A DNA stretch of 63,673 bases, filler included, from Salisapilia sapeloensis CBS 127946 (Eukaryota > Protista > Oomycota), in NCBI GenBank assembly GCA_023334545.1. It is 7 parts of 7 records of this genome, joined end to end, with 100 filler letters (N's around TTAATTAATTAA, not from the genome) between each part and the next. Parts side by side here need not be neighbours in the genome. Positions count along the whole stretch, not along the records: positions 45,756 to 54,422 come from JAADVB010000481.1; positions 54,523 to 56,437 come from JAADVB010001010.1; 5 more parts are not named here. One strand, 5' to 3'. The notes under the pieces are model-generated. The model was not told the DNA's origin and made no database searches. It saw only the letters and a list, made by a program, of their open reading frames with translations. This document shows, piece by piece, positions 46,283 through 56,537 of this stretch (the first letter of the stretch is position 1; every line of letters starts with the position of its first letter). A program made the translations under genes and the position numbers.

Positions 46283-49200
46283 TCACTCAGGAAGCACTTT
46301 GTATTTAGAAGTTTTTGGAGATAGCGGAGACAAATGTCGTCGCTGCGTTCGCTTTTCACAGAGATTTACTCCTTGAACGCTATTGCTGTGTGGTTCCGTA
46401 TCCAAATTAGACAAGCTTTCTTCCTTTTGCCTCCTCTCTGGTTTGAAGCCGTCAATCTCTTGTCGCTTGTCACGCTTCCTCTTCTTTTTGCAGTGATGAT
46501 GCGGCTGAGAATGACTATCATGCTTACATTGATGGTGTCTGCAGTGTCTTCTAGAAACCTTATCCGACGATACTTGCTCCGTGTCCGTTTGCACTTCTTG
46601 ATCGACCATTTTCTTTTCCAGTTGATCAGCAACACCATTATCTTCGGTACCAACAGCCTCGTCCTTTTGATGTATATCCTTTGAAGCACCTAGAAGCGTG
46701 CCTTGGATTGGAGCATCACCGTCCGGAGCGTTGTCATCGGTACTCACGCCTCCCTCTATCTTTTCCTGCACATCATCCGAAGTCGTCGTCTTTCGTTCTA
46801 GCTTTCGTTCCCACATTTGAATTCGTCTGGCATTTGCCAACAGTTTCCGATGCATCCGTCTGCGGTGGATGTATCCTCTTACGACTGACTCCACCAGCAT
46901 CGACGCCACTTTTGCTCGATTCACAAAGATTTGTTTAACACGGTCCCTTTGCTGCTCATAAGGTAAGCTGCGGATACCCAGCCGATGGATGCAGAGTATT
47001 CGAAGTAGCTCATTAAAGAACGGTCGTGTTGGACGAGCGGATGCAGCGTCGTTAAAGTACTGAGCCTGGATTTGAGCTCTCAGCTCCAAAAAGGCTGTCC
47101 GATCATGTCGACGATTGACGCGGAGGCTTGGAGGCAGCTCTTCTAGGAAATTCCCAAATTGCCAGAGTGGGAAAATGTTCTGGTTGTGGATGTCAAAGTG
47201 CTGGAAAACGACACGGTAGGCCTCAAAGTCCTGCAAAGACACGGCGGATCGATCACTGTTCAGATAGCACGTACGAAAATTCTCTAACACCACAGCGATA
47301 AATAGATTGAGGAAGATGAACACCACTAGAAGCACATAAGTGACGAAAAAGACCACCGAACCAGCGCTTGAGCCACAATCCGACGCATCCCCGCTCTTAG
47401 AGACGCAAAATGGTGGCGAAACCATACAATCGGTCATCGTCAAGTGCCAGTCGTCGCCAGCCATGATCTGAAAAAGCAGTTGGAACGAGGAGCCAAACGT
47501 ACGAAAGTTGGAGAATCGAGACAGAGCTTTACCTTCCCGTACGCCTCCGAAGAGCTGTCTCCCGATCACGGCAAAAACAAAGCAGATGAGAAACATGAGA
47601 AAGAATATGTGTCCAAGAGGCCGTAAAGAGGCGTAGAACGTCTGAAAGACCGTCCGTACGCCCTGGTTGAGACGTACAAATCGGAGTACGCGCATCATTC
47701 GAAAGACTCTTCCAGCCTGGATAATTGCTCGATAGTTTGTCGACGATACGTACGCAGACAACGAGCCAGCTAGAATCACGAGCTCAAACGCTCCTGCTTT
47801 TGAAAGGATGTAATGGTGCCTCAGAGCTAGACACTTGATCATCGCTTCGATGGTGAAGACGACTAGAAACAGCACCTCAATGATTTTAAAGGAAGTAGAG
47901 GTAGCAGAGCCTGAATCCGGATTGAGCAGCAGCATAGCAATGTTAAGTAAGATGGCGACGGAAATTGTAACATCGAACGACGGTCGCTGTGTCAGATCAA
48001 AGAGAGCTCCACAAATACGGTCTTTCGGTCGTGGAACCCGCTTCAGTGGTTGTAGCAAAAGCACAATCTTCTCCAAGTCGACCCAAATCTTCTGACTTTC
48101 GGTGAGCATTTGTGTGCCGTTGTTACGCTGAAATTGCTCCACTAGCACACCTACGAATAACCGAATCACAAAGAGTGCTCCGATGTACACGAAGAGAATA
48201 AAGAAGACGGCATAGTATGATGAATAGTTTAGAACGGGCTGCATGTCTGGGGTTGACGGAATGTCCATCGCAGCATGCGTTTTGTCAAGCCACTTGAGCG
48301 AAGTGAGTTCGAGCAACGCGATGAAGGCTGCAGGAATATGATCAAATGAGAATCTCGCATTGGACCACACGCGAGGTATCAATAAGCCACCGCCTTCCAT
48401 GCCATTAATCTCCCACCTGCCATCGGGAAACTGAACAAAAAACCCAACGCACTCGGATTCGTATGCTACGGAGTTGTCGTTGCAAGAGTAGAATCTTTCA
48501 GCAAACATACTCCGTCCTACGACGCCGAAAATGATGTAGACGATGGAGCAAAGCGCGAAAACATTTCCGACCTGAGGCAGAGACTGGGCCACCGCACTAA
48601 GAATGACTTTCATCTCGTGATTGTGATTCAGCAGCCGTAGCGGGCGTAGTACTCGGCCAGCTCGGAATAGCCCTGTGATAGACGTTTGCGCGTCGAGTTG
48701 TTCCATAATCTCATCCACGATTGCGATAATGAGCAAAACAAAGTCCAGTTGGTTCCACTTGTCTTCCAAATACTCCTGTTTGTCAACATAGGAAAGACGG
48801 TCGTCATAATGGAAGATCATGACCCGCAGATAATCGAGCCCAAAGCCATTAGCACTCACCTTGATCACAAACTCAAGAAACACTGTTGCCAAAACGAACC
48901 GATTAGCAATGTTTAAGGCATAGATCGTCGACTCGGACGGCGGAAAGGAGCTCATGTCCGGATGTGGGTCTTCCAACACGAGCGTGCAGCAGCTCACGAG
49001 AATAGCAAGCTGGACGAATCTTGAGAACCAGACTTTCATCGTAACCTGTCGGCATCTGAATCTCCACTTTAACCATATCAGTTGGAAGTATTCCAACGGT
49101 GTGGAAACAGATAGCTGGGCCAAATCTTCCGACGTTATAATTCGCTTAGAGCTTGTGGAATTGAAGAATCTGGCTTTGTCTAGTTGCTGCTCTAGCCCGA

Positions 49201-51913
49201 GAAACATACGCAGCTTGATATTGCCGACATTATCGATTTTATCGAGCTCCCCAAATGCCCGTACCCCGTTCTCACCAACCTGCTCAAAGATGTTCAGCTC
49301 CTTCGGCACGGCTATAATTTGTTCAAGCTGTAGTTGATACGCCTCCTCTTCCGATAGTGCAAAGTTCTCGAGAATGACGGCGATGAACAGGTTGAACAGA
49401 ACGTGCTGACCAATGATAAAGACAACAATCAGAAACGGGACGAGCAAGTAGTTTGGGTTCGCCGCGTCTACGGCATCGTACGTGATGCTCGACCACTGAT
49501 CGGCCGTGATCACTTGAAGTAAGGTAAGAAAGGAGTCTCCGAACGTTGAGAATCCCCATCGTGGTGTCAGTCCGTCCGAACCAGTCAAGTGATCTTGTCC
49601 ACCAAAGAGCTGCATGGCAATGAGACTGCTGACGAATTGGAAAAGCAGCATGAATACCACAACATCGATCACACCTCTTGAAGACTTTACGACCGACTCG
49701 ATCAGCTTCCTCGTGCCATCCCACATGAGCATGAGTCTCCCCACACGAAGCGTTCGCAATGTGGAAATACTGTTCAGACCTTCAAAAGATGCTGCTTCGG
49801 TGTTTTTAAAAACCAAACTCACAAGTGAGCCACAGACAACGATAAAGTCGAAAGCTCTCTCTGTGCTCTTTAGGTACGTCCCCAAGCCTCGAAGCGCAAT
49901 GATTCGGAGCACCAACTCGATCGTAAAAATGGTCGTGAACGCATACTCGGTAATGTCGAGCACCAGTGCCAAGGTGGAGCTCATGCCTGGATACTCTATC
50001 AAGAGAAAAAGTGTATTCACGACAATCGCCGCTGTAATTGAGTTATCGAATTCGCGAGAGAAGACAAACGTTTGGATAGTCTCAAGCCACATCGGAACAT
50101 GCTCTTCTTTCTCTTCAGGAGCGGCGTCAGCAGTTAGCGCAGCCCCTACTTTCATCCGAAGGGTAGGTGCGCTGCGTACAGTCGGCAAAGAAATAGACTT
50201 CTTACCAGTAGTTTCGCCGCTATTTGATAGCTGGAGCAGTGCTTCGGCACTAGAACGATTCATCTTTTTAAAATTGTTGTCGATCAGCATGTCTAACTGC
50301 TTTCCCTTCAGTAATTCCATCGTTGCGTCTACTGTCAAATTACGATAGTTGGACCACTGATGGGCTTGCACCATCAGTTTGGAATAGGCCACTGCATCGA
50401 GCGATCCTCTGTTTCCCTGCTCTTTTTCATTAACGCCTTCCACAGCAGTTTCCCCACCACCAGTATCATCCGAAGGCAAGGGAATGCATTTTCGGTTTGT
50501 ATGCCGTACCATTTCCATAGACTCTTCAATCGCCAAGGTCGCTCCCATAATCAAATTCACGCGTGCTTCTTCTTGCTCCGGCGACATTTTTTTCATATAA
50601 ATTGAATTGTCTGCTGCATACATGCTTTTCACAGACGATTCTCGTTCGCTGGCGTCGTCAAACTCATCGATGCCCTCTGCTGCTTCGGCAGTTAGTGCTT
50701 CACTAAAAGACTCGTCGATCTCCGACCTCGCACCGTCACTCGCGAACGTCATGAAGGACGTGGTGATGACTGCTACGAAGAGATTAACCACTAGAAAGAC
50801 CAAGGTTGCAATGATGGCAGCGTAATAGAGCACACTCCACTCTCCGGTTACTTGCACGACAGGGGCCATGATATCTCCAACCCATCCATCCTGCGAGACG
50901 ACCAAAAACACCAAGTACATGGCCGATAGTCCCGAATCAAAATTGACGTTCGCTGACGGTGGTCCTAGAAGTGCACACATCTGTCCAGCAGAATCGCATG
51001 TGTCCTTCGTGGCACAAAACTTTCGTGGCACGGCAGTTAAGAACGTACTATAGTCTCCGCCCGTATCGATGGATGCATTGACAACGCACTGCCTGTCGTA
51101 GACTCCACTAAAAGCCTCGAATCCAAAGATGGAGAACCCCATCAAGAAGAACAGAGACAAAGTTGCTACGTTGGCTAGAAATGGAATAGCCTGGACTAGC
51201 GACTTGAAAATGCGTCGCAAACCGGACGACATGGTGAGGCATCGGACGGTTTTTAACCCTCTGAGAAATCGCCAGTTAGGACCACCAAGATGCGAAAATA
51301 TACCAGCTACTACGATCAAGGGATGGATAATTCGATGCTTTCTGTGAAAGTACGCTCGCCGTGATCCGTACACACCATGCGCGACACATTTAGTGACCAT
51401 CTCGGTTAATAAAAATATTGAGCAAACGATGTCTAGAACGGATACAATGGTTTCTCGATGCTGGCTATCGTAGTCACTGGCGAGAGCTGCCAAATCCACA
51501 AGGATGATTATAAACAACATTCTATGAAACCAAGTAGACCGGAGGAGACCCCTCGCTTTCATTCTTAAGTGCTTCAGCCACTCTGGGTCGGAGGAAGCTG
51601 TCGACGTTGCGTTACCTGATCCTCTCCTCTCTTTCCGCTTAAATAGTTCAGATCCAGACTTGATGCTGAAAGCGGACGACGGCGTAGAAGAGGTGGTAAC
51701 GCTGCGGCGGCTGTATGACTGTGGCTGATTAAGATATTTGGAGCCGAATCGGCGCAGACGCTCGAGTTCAGCATGCGTCATGAGCGACTCGCACGCATCT
51801 GGATTAGTCAAGAGATACGATGTCCGCTTTACGAGTGCCCTGTCCTGAGTGGATATCCTCCTCGCCAAATGCCGCCGATGTGCTCGCTCCGTCGATGATC
51901 CATGCACAGACAT
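46283..51913 (-). CDS. Four-domain cation channel alpha subunit, NALCN/Cch1-like
   Basis: 1876-aa single ORF with four 6-TM repeats, S4 Arg arrays, pore loops SQDGW, TADQW, SLKW and AGDDW, and an IQ-like LVESVVRGYIHRRR motif. Confidence 0.9.
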   Translation of the reverse strand: MSVHGSSTERAHRRHLARRISTQDRALVKRTSYLLTNPDACESLMTHAELERLRRFGSKYLNQPQSYSRRSVTTSSTPSSAFSIKSGSELFKRKERRGSGNATSTASSDPEWLKHLRMKARGLLRSTWFHRMLFIIILVDLAALASDYDSQHRETIVSVLDIVCSIFLLTEMVTKCVAHGVYGSRRAYFHRKHRIIHPLIVVAGIFSHLGGPNWRFLRGLKTVRCLTMSSGLRRIFKSLVQAIPFLANVATLSLFFLMGFSIFGFEAFSGVYDRQCVVNASIDTGGDYSTFLTAVPRKFCATKDTCDSAGQMCALLGPPSANVNFDSGLSAMYLVFLVVSQDGWVGDIMAPVVQVTGEWSVLYYAAIIATLVFLVVNLFVAVITTSFMTFASDGARSEIDESFSEALTAEAAEGIDEFDDASERESSVKSMYAADNSIYMKKMSPEQEEARVNLIMGATLAIEESMEMVRHTNRKCIPLPSDDTGGGETAVEGVNEKEQGNRGSLDAVAYSKLMVQAHQWSNYRNLTVDATMELLKGKQLDMLIDNNFKKMNRSSAEALLQLSNSGETTGKKSISLPTVRSAPTLRMKVGAALTADAAPEEKEEHVPMWLETIQTFVFSREFDNSITAAIVVNTLFLLIEYPGMSSTLALVLDITEYAFTTIFTIELVLRIIALRGLGTYLKSTERAFDFIVVCGSLVSLVFKNTEAASFEGLNSISTLRTLRVGRLMLMWDGTRKLIESVVKSSRGVIDVVVFMLLFQFVSSLIAMQLFGGQDHLTGSDGLTPRWGFSTFGDSFLTLLQVITADQWSSITYDAVDAANPNYLLVPFLIVVFIIGQHVLFNLFIAVILENFALSEEEAYQLQLEQIIAVPKELNIFEQVGENGVRAFGELDKIDNVGNIKLRMFLGLEQQLDKARFFNSTSSKRIITSEDLAQLSVSTPLEYFQLIWLKWRFRCRQVTMKVWFSRFVQLAILVSCCTLVLEDPHPDMSSFPPSESTIYALNIANRFVLATVFLEFVIKVSANGFGLDYLRVMIFHYDDRLSYVDKQEYLEDKWNQLDFVLLIIAIVDEIMEQLDAQTSITGLFRAGRVLRPLRLLNHNHEMKVILSAVAQSLPQVGNVFALCSIVYIIFGVVGRSMFAERFYSCNDNSVAYESECVGFFVQFPDGRWEINGMEGGGLLIPRVWSNARFSFDHIPAAFIALLELTSLKWLDKTHAAMDIPSTPDMQPVLNYSSYYAVFFILFVYIGALFVIRLFVGVLVEQFQRNNGTQMLTESQKIWVDLEKIVLLLQPLKRVPRPKDRICGALFDLTQRPSFDVTISVAILLNIAMLLLNPDSGSATSTSFKIIEVLFLVVFTIEAMIKCLALRHHYILSKAGAFELVILAGSLSAYVSSTNYRAIIQAGRVFRMMRVLRFVRLNQGVRTVFQTFYASLRPLGHIFFLMFLICFVFAVIGRQLFGGVREGKALSRFSNFRTFGSSFQLLFQIMAGDDWHLTMTDCMVSPPFCVSKSGDASDCGSSAGSVVFFVTYVLLVVFIFLNLFIAVVLENFRTCYLNSDRSAVSLQDFEAYRVVFQHFDIHNQNIFPLWQFGNFLEELPPSLRVNRRHDRTAFLELRAQIQAQYFNDAASARPTRPFFNELLRILCIHRLGIRSLPYEQQRDRVKQIFVNRAKVASMLVESVVRGYIHRRRMHRKLLANARRIQMWERKLERKTTTSDDVQEKIEGGVSTDDNAPDGDAPIQGTLLGASKDIHQKDEAVGTEDNGVADQLEKKMVDQEVQTDTEQVSSDKVSRRHCRHHQCKHDSHSQPHHHCKKKRKRDKRQEIDGFKPERRQKEESLSNLDTEPHSNSVQGVNLCEKRTQRRHLSPLSPKTSKYKVLPE

Positions 51914-52103
51914 AATTTATGCAGAACCGATGCACAGGGGACTAGAGTGATATGGTGTGGCACAAAATGCAGAAGCGGCAGTTTCTTTAGACGGATCAAC
52001 GCTATGGCATTCTTTTCTTAGACCCGTGCTACCAGTAGGTAGAATCTGAAACGCCTGAGCTACGATTGTCCTAAGTCCATGACACGGATGGATGAAGAGT
52101 CGC

Positions 52104-53504
52104 TTAGGGAAGATCACATAGCTTCCCTTGGAGCACCATCGCTGCCTCGCCTTTGATGAATACACTGTCTGGCTTGTCCTCGTTCAGTTCCATAGCGACG
52201 AAGCCCCCCCGCTCAGGACACGCTTGCTGAGCGTACAACTCACTCTTGACTAAGATATCTGACCAGTATGTCGCCAGGGCACAGTGAGCACTTCCTGTGA
52301 CTGCATCTTCTCCGTCCCCGATTTGCGCTCGAAGGAAACGACTCTGGAAATCGACTTCTACTCCAGAGTGGATCGAGGCTTCCGAGGTGACACTGACTCC
52401 ACGACAATTAATGTTATCAATCAGAGTCCAATTCGGCTGAAGACGGTCGAATATGGTTGGTTCTACGTGCACTAGGATGTCATCGACCGACGTGGAAAAC
52501 ATGTTGACGATAGCATTGGGCGAAAGATTTAATGCACGAGCGATTTCATCCCTCGTGATACCTTCCTTTGGATCGGACAAAGTCCCCCGTGGGAAGTCCA
52601 TGCCGACCATATTCCGAGATGGATCGACTGTGGACGGCACAGAGGTGCACTGGAGCAAGCCGCTGAGAGTGTGAAAGTGGATGGGAAGATCACGAGGTGC
52701 ATGTCCAGCGTTGTACAACGCATAGGCAGAGGCCAAAGTCGCATGGCCACATATATCAACTTCTTTGTTTGGTTTGAACCAGCGCAGCTCATAGCTGGAT
52801 GCACCTTCTTTCTGATCATCACTCGGATAAATGAACGCTGTCTCACTCAAGTTGTTTTCGATCGCAACGCGTTGCATCCATTCGCTGGCGTTATCCCGTT
52901 TCGCAATTGCTTTGGGAAGAACGACAACCGCAGCAGGATTTCCCTCAAATGGCTGGGATGTAAACGCGTCTACCTGGTAGAATGGCAGTTTGCGGTATTC
53001 CGCACAGTCAAGCCACATCTCCATCCACGGATCCTGACCATGAGTCACAGGAGAAAGTCTCTTCACGCTGAAGCCACATTTGGTGTACAACTCTACCAAC
53101 TTCGCTTTGGAAAGCAGCACCATATTCTTCACAGTGGGCTGTGTCGCGCAGATATGCTCAATGTACTGCTTGACCATGGAGAGGGCAATCCCCTGGCGAC
53201 GACACTTAGGGCTGACCACCACGGAATGAATGCACAGGGTAGTGCCATTTTTATCATGTACGCTCATACTCTCTTCCTCCAATTCATCTTTCGAGGTCAA
53301 AGTTCCGTTCACAAATCCGACAATGTCTTCAGAGGACGATGCTGACGCAGGATACGCAGCTAGGAAAAAGTCTCGGGCGTTGTTATTTCGAAAGCGCACC
53401 TGCTCTTCACTTGCAGCTTCATCTGCGGGGTAGGAGGCAGTCTCCAGCTCCATCACGCGCTGCAGGAGGGCATTGCTGTGGATCAAAGTGAGGCGGAGCT
53501 GCAT
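52104..53504 (-). CDS. Fusion: AANAT/PAA1-like GNAT acetyltransferase + PhzF family isomerase/epimerase
   Basis: ETASYPADEAAS...IHSVVVSPKCRRQGIA (GNAT), then QVDAFT..PFEGNPAAV, NLSETAF, EVDICGHATLA, EDAVTGSA (PhzF). An FPR-like AATTTGC about 50 nt upstream supports ATG 53504. Confidence 0.9.
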   Translation of the reverse strand: MQLRLTLIHSNALLQRVMELETASYPADEAASEEQVRFRNNNARDFFLAAYPASASSSEDIVGFVNGTLTSKDELEEESMSVHDKNGTTLCIHSVVVSPKCRRQGIALSMVKQYIEHICATQPTVKNMVLLSKAKLVELYTKCGFSVKRLSPVTHGQDPWMEMWLDCAEYRKLPFYQVDAFTSQPFEGNPAAVVVLPKAIAKRDNASEWMQRVAIENNLSETAFIYPSDDQKEGASSYELRWFKPNKEVDICGHATLASAYALYNAGHAPRDLPIHFHTLSGLLQCTSVPSTVDPSRNMVGMDFPRGTLSDPKEGITRDEIARALNLSPNAIVNMFSTSVDDILVHVEPTIFDRLQPNWTLIDNINCRGVSVTSEASIHSGVEVDFQSRFLRAQIGDGEDAVTGSAHCALATYWSDILVKSELYAQQACPERGGFVAMELNEDKPDSVFIKGEAAMVLQGKLCDLP

Positions 53505-53986
53505 GGTTCTTGTTTTATTGCGCCTCGGTTTCGATTGTCGAACGCTTTGACTTGCAAATTGTATGCAAATCTTCGAGGATGTCATTTGGTCTGATATTTC
53601 CTCCATACAGCCTTTTGACACATGTGCGAGATAGATACTTGAAAGGTGCTAATGTGGTCATTGCGCTCTCACTCGTACCGTCAACCTGCTTTGCAGTGCT
53701 ATGCTTCTCTAATGAAGTTCGGCCCAGCCAAAGGTGGAAGTGTTGGACAACAAAGGGAGACTTAGACACTACACTAGACTTGAGAGCAATGGAAACTTGG
53801 TCGGCTCTAGTCATCTTCGACGGCAATTTTAGCTTCTACCAATTCCATGTCGATTCATTTGTGCCAACTGCGTAAGGTAGATATTGTACCAACCGGCGAA
53901 AGACTTCATGCGTATGCTTCAGCGCACGCAAATTACCAGTACGGGCTCCATGTTCGAGCTTGATTGCAGCTCGATCATACCTGTAT

Positions 53987-54422
53987 CTACGACTCATCAC
54001 TGACAGTGCCGTATGAAGACTGTACGAAAGATCTAGTATCACTCGTGGGAGAAAGCAGCGTCCTATCTTCTTCTTTTGTAAGCACTTGACTATCATCCTT
54101 TTTGTCCATCCAAGAGAAAACAATTATGGTACAAAAAGCCAATGGAACAAATAGATCCGTGACTCCCCACATCACTCGCGGACCATAGTTCTCGTATAAG
54201 TAGCCTCCAAAGAGTGAACCGAGCGCGCGTCCGAGACCGTTTTGTATGCCATCCATCAGTCCCAGTAGAGTCGCTTCGGTACCAACCGGAGCACGCTTGT
54301 ACATGTACTGGATGATGGCCGCCCATGACAGACCGAATGTCATGCCGTGGAGGAACTCGAACGGGATGGCCACCCACGCGTTCGGCATCAGCGCGTAGCA
54401 GGTGATTCGAATGCAGTATGCT
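53987..54422 (-). CDS. MFS transporter, C-terminal part, copy 2 (inverted relative to copy 1)
   Basis: First 141 nt identical to 45756-45896, then diverged paralogous sequence. Confidence 0.85.
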
Positions 54423-54522
54423 NNNNNNNNNNNNNNNNNNNNNNNNNNNNNNNNNNNNNNNNNNNNTTAATTAATTAANNNNNNNNNNNNNNNNNNNNNN
54501 NNNNNNNNNNNNNNNNNNNNNN
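54423..54522. other. Artificial 100-nt contig spacer
   Basis: N44-TTAATTAATTAA-N44. Confidence 0.97.
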
Positions 54523-54657
54523 TCGAGCTGGATTCCGGAGACCATCCAGCACACGTACCTCATTCTGCCGCTGTACAACTTGTTCCGGGACGACCAGGGC
54601 AGGCTCCTGGGACCGTACCTCCGAGACTGGCTCGCAGACGCTGTTAAGGCTGAGTAA
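54523..54657 (+). CDS. C-terminal 44 aa of an unidentified protein, copy 1
   Basis: SSWIPETIQHTYLILPLYNLFRDDQGRLLGPYLRDWLADAVKAE*; GC3-biased; identity with copy 2 ends 6 nt after the stop. Confidence 0.6.
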   Translation, partial: SSWIPETIQHTYLILPLYNLFRDDQGRLLGPYLRDWLADAVKAE

Positions 54658-54853
54658 GAGCTTCGTACGGTTAGTTGGGAATGGACATGGTAACCAAATG
54701 AACGTGAGATTTCCAGTGGAAACCTGGGCTTTTAGGATTGACATTTCTTGAATATCCAAATCTGGATAGTCTATCTGATAATCTGATAAAGCATGAAAAT
54801 GCACTTTGTTTAATTTTTGAAGTTGGCGACAACAAATCAATACACGAATCGAC

Positions 54854-56006
54854 ATGAATACTGCCAAGCGACTGGCACTCGTCTTCCCCGGCCAGGGAAG
54901 CCAACGCGTGGGCATGGGGAAAGACCTGCTTACACGATGGCCCCGAACGTTTAACAGGACGATGGAGGAAGCGTCCGAGACGATGCAAATGAACCTCAAG
55001 CGCTTGATACTGGACGGACCGCAGGAGCAGCTCCGACTGACTCAGTACACCCAGCCGGCATTACTAGCACATTCCATCAGCGTCCTGCGCATCCTTCAGG
55101 TACTGGAGCATCCCTTTTTCTGTGATACGTTCATGCTCCCTAAGTCATACTATGCTAGGAGGAAGGAGGGCTGGAAGTAGCCACGCCGCCGTGCTCGTAT
55201 GTGCTCGGGCATTCACTTGGCGAGTACAGTGCTCTAGTAGCTTCTGGAGTCTTCTCGTTCACAGACGCGATTCGACTAGTGGTATGAACACATTCCACGG
55301 ATAGCACAGACAAGATACTCATTCTATTATTATCAGCACTTCCGAGGTCGAGTCATGCAAGAAGCCGTGCCTGCTGAGCTCGCAGCCATGGCTGCCCTCA
55401 TGCCCATGGGTCCAGAGGCTGCAGATGAGCTGTGTAAAGAAGTTGCTGGCTCTGCAGCTGCGCCAGTGTGTCAGGTGGCCAACTACAATTCAAAGAAGCA
55501 GACGGTCATTAGTGGCAACGTCGATGCGGTGGAAGAAGCCATGGCAAAAGCGAAGGCAGAGAAAGGAGTCCGTCGTGCTGTCCGGCTGGATGTGAGCGCT
55601 CCTTTTCACTGTCGCATGATGACCCCTGCAGCTAAGCGCCTTCGGGAAAAGCTTGAAGATATGGAAGACAGCATCAATTCTACTAACGTGCCTATCGTCT
55701 GGAACGTCGAAGGAGCTTCCAGCGACAAGAGTCGAGCTGAGCTGATCGATGCGCTCGTATACCAGGTGACGGAGCCTGTGCGCTGGAGCCAAAGCGTTGA
55801 CTATTGCCTCGACCAGGGTGTTGAGGAGTTTATAGAAATCGGTCCTGGGAATGTGCTCACGTCGCTCATCAAGCAGCACGCCCCCAAAGCTAATGCTAAG
55901 TACGTATATATTTAATATTGTATCGAGCGTGGCTCTATGTGACTTACATGCATTTCTTTATAGGAGCTGCGGCACGGCAGACGAGATAAAGTCTTTCCTT
56001 GGATGA
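54854..56006 (+). CDS. fabD: Malonyl-CoA:ACP transacylase (FabD/MCAT), 4 exons
   Basis: VFPGQGSQRVGMG, TQPAL, GHSLGEY, RGRVMQ, VANYN, VSAPFH, PVRW, EIGPGNVL. Confidence 0.95.
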
Positions 56007-56302
56007 AAATAAGCAAATCAAAAGTGCTTCAACTAGCAACTGTAGAGAAAGTGTCTTAACGTATACTATCTTCATTTCAATCTACCTAAAAGGCTGAGAT
56101 TCGGGCAGCAAATAGAAAGAGTCTTCAGCTATATATTTAGTTGTACAATTCAGCTCAGAAGTGTTTAAAAGCTAAACAACGACAAATCCGTAAAAGGAAA
56201 GTATTCGGTAATGTTTAACGTTCAGTGCTTCATCGACATCACTAGCTTCAACGCTACTTAAAAAACCAGGATTGACAACTGGATTCATAACGACAAAAGC
56301 TC

Positions 56303-56437
56303 TTACTCAGCCTTAACAGCGTCTGCGAGCCAGTCTCGGAGGTACGGTCCCAGGAGCCTGCCCTGGTCGTCCCGGAACAAGTTGTACAGCGGCAGAATGA
56401 GGTACGTGTGCTGGATGGTCTCCGGAATCCAGCTCGA
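56303..56437 (-). CDS. C-terminal 44 aa of the same unidentified protein, inverted copy 2
   Basis: 56297-56437 is the exact reverse complement of 54523-54663. Confidence 0.6.
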   Translation of the reverse strand, partial: SSWIPETIQHTYLILPLYNLFRDDQGRLLGPYLRDWLADAVKAE

Positions 56438-56537
56438 NNNNNNNNNNNNNNNNNNNNNNNNNNNNNNNNNNNNNNNNNNNNTTAATTAATTAANNNNNNN
56501 NNNNNNNNNNNNNNNNNNNNNNNNNNNNNNNNNNNNN
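56438..56537. other. Artificial 100-nt contig spacer
   Basis: N44-TTAATTAATTAA-N44. Confidence 0.97.

Noticed and set aside
53505-53826. N-terminal extension of the GNAT-PhzF ORF to 53621 and a separate 103-aa ORF 53515-53826
   Set aside because: The extension starts at GTG and overlaps an FPR-like element; the second ORF has no recognisable motif. Treated as promoter/UTR.
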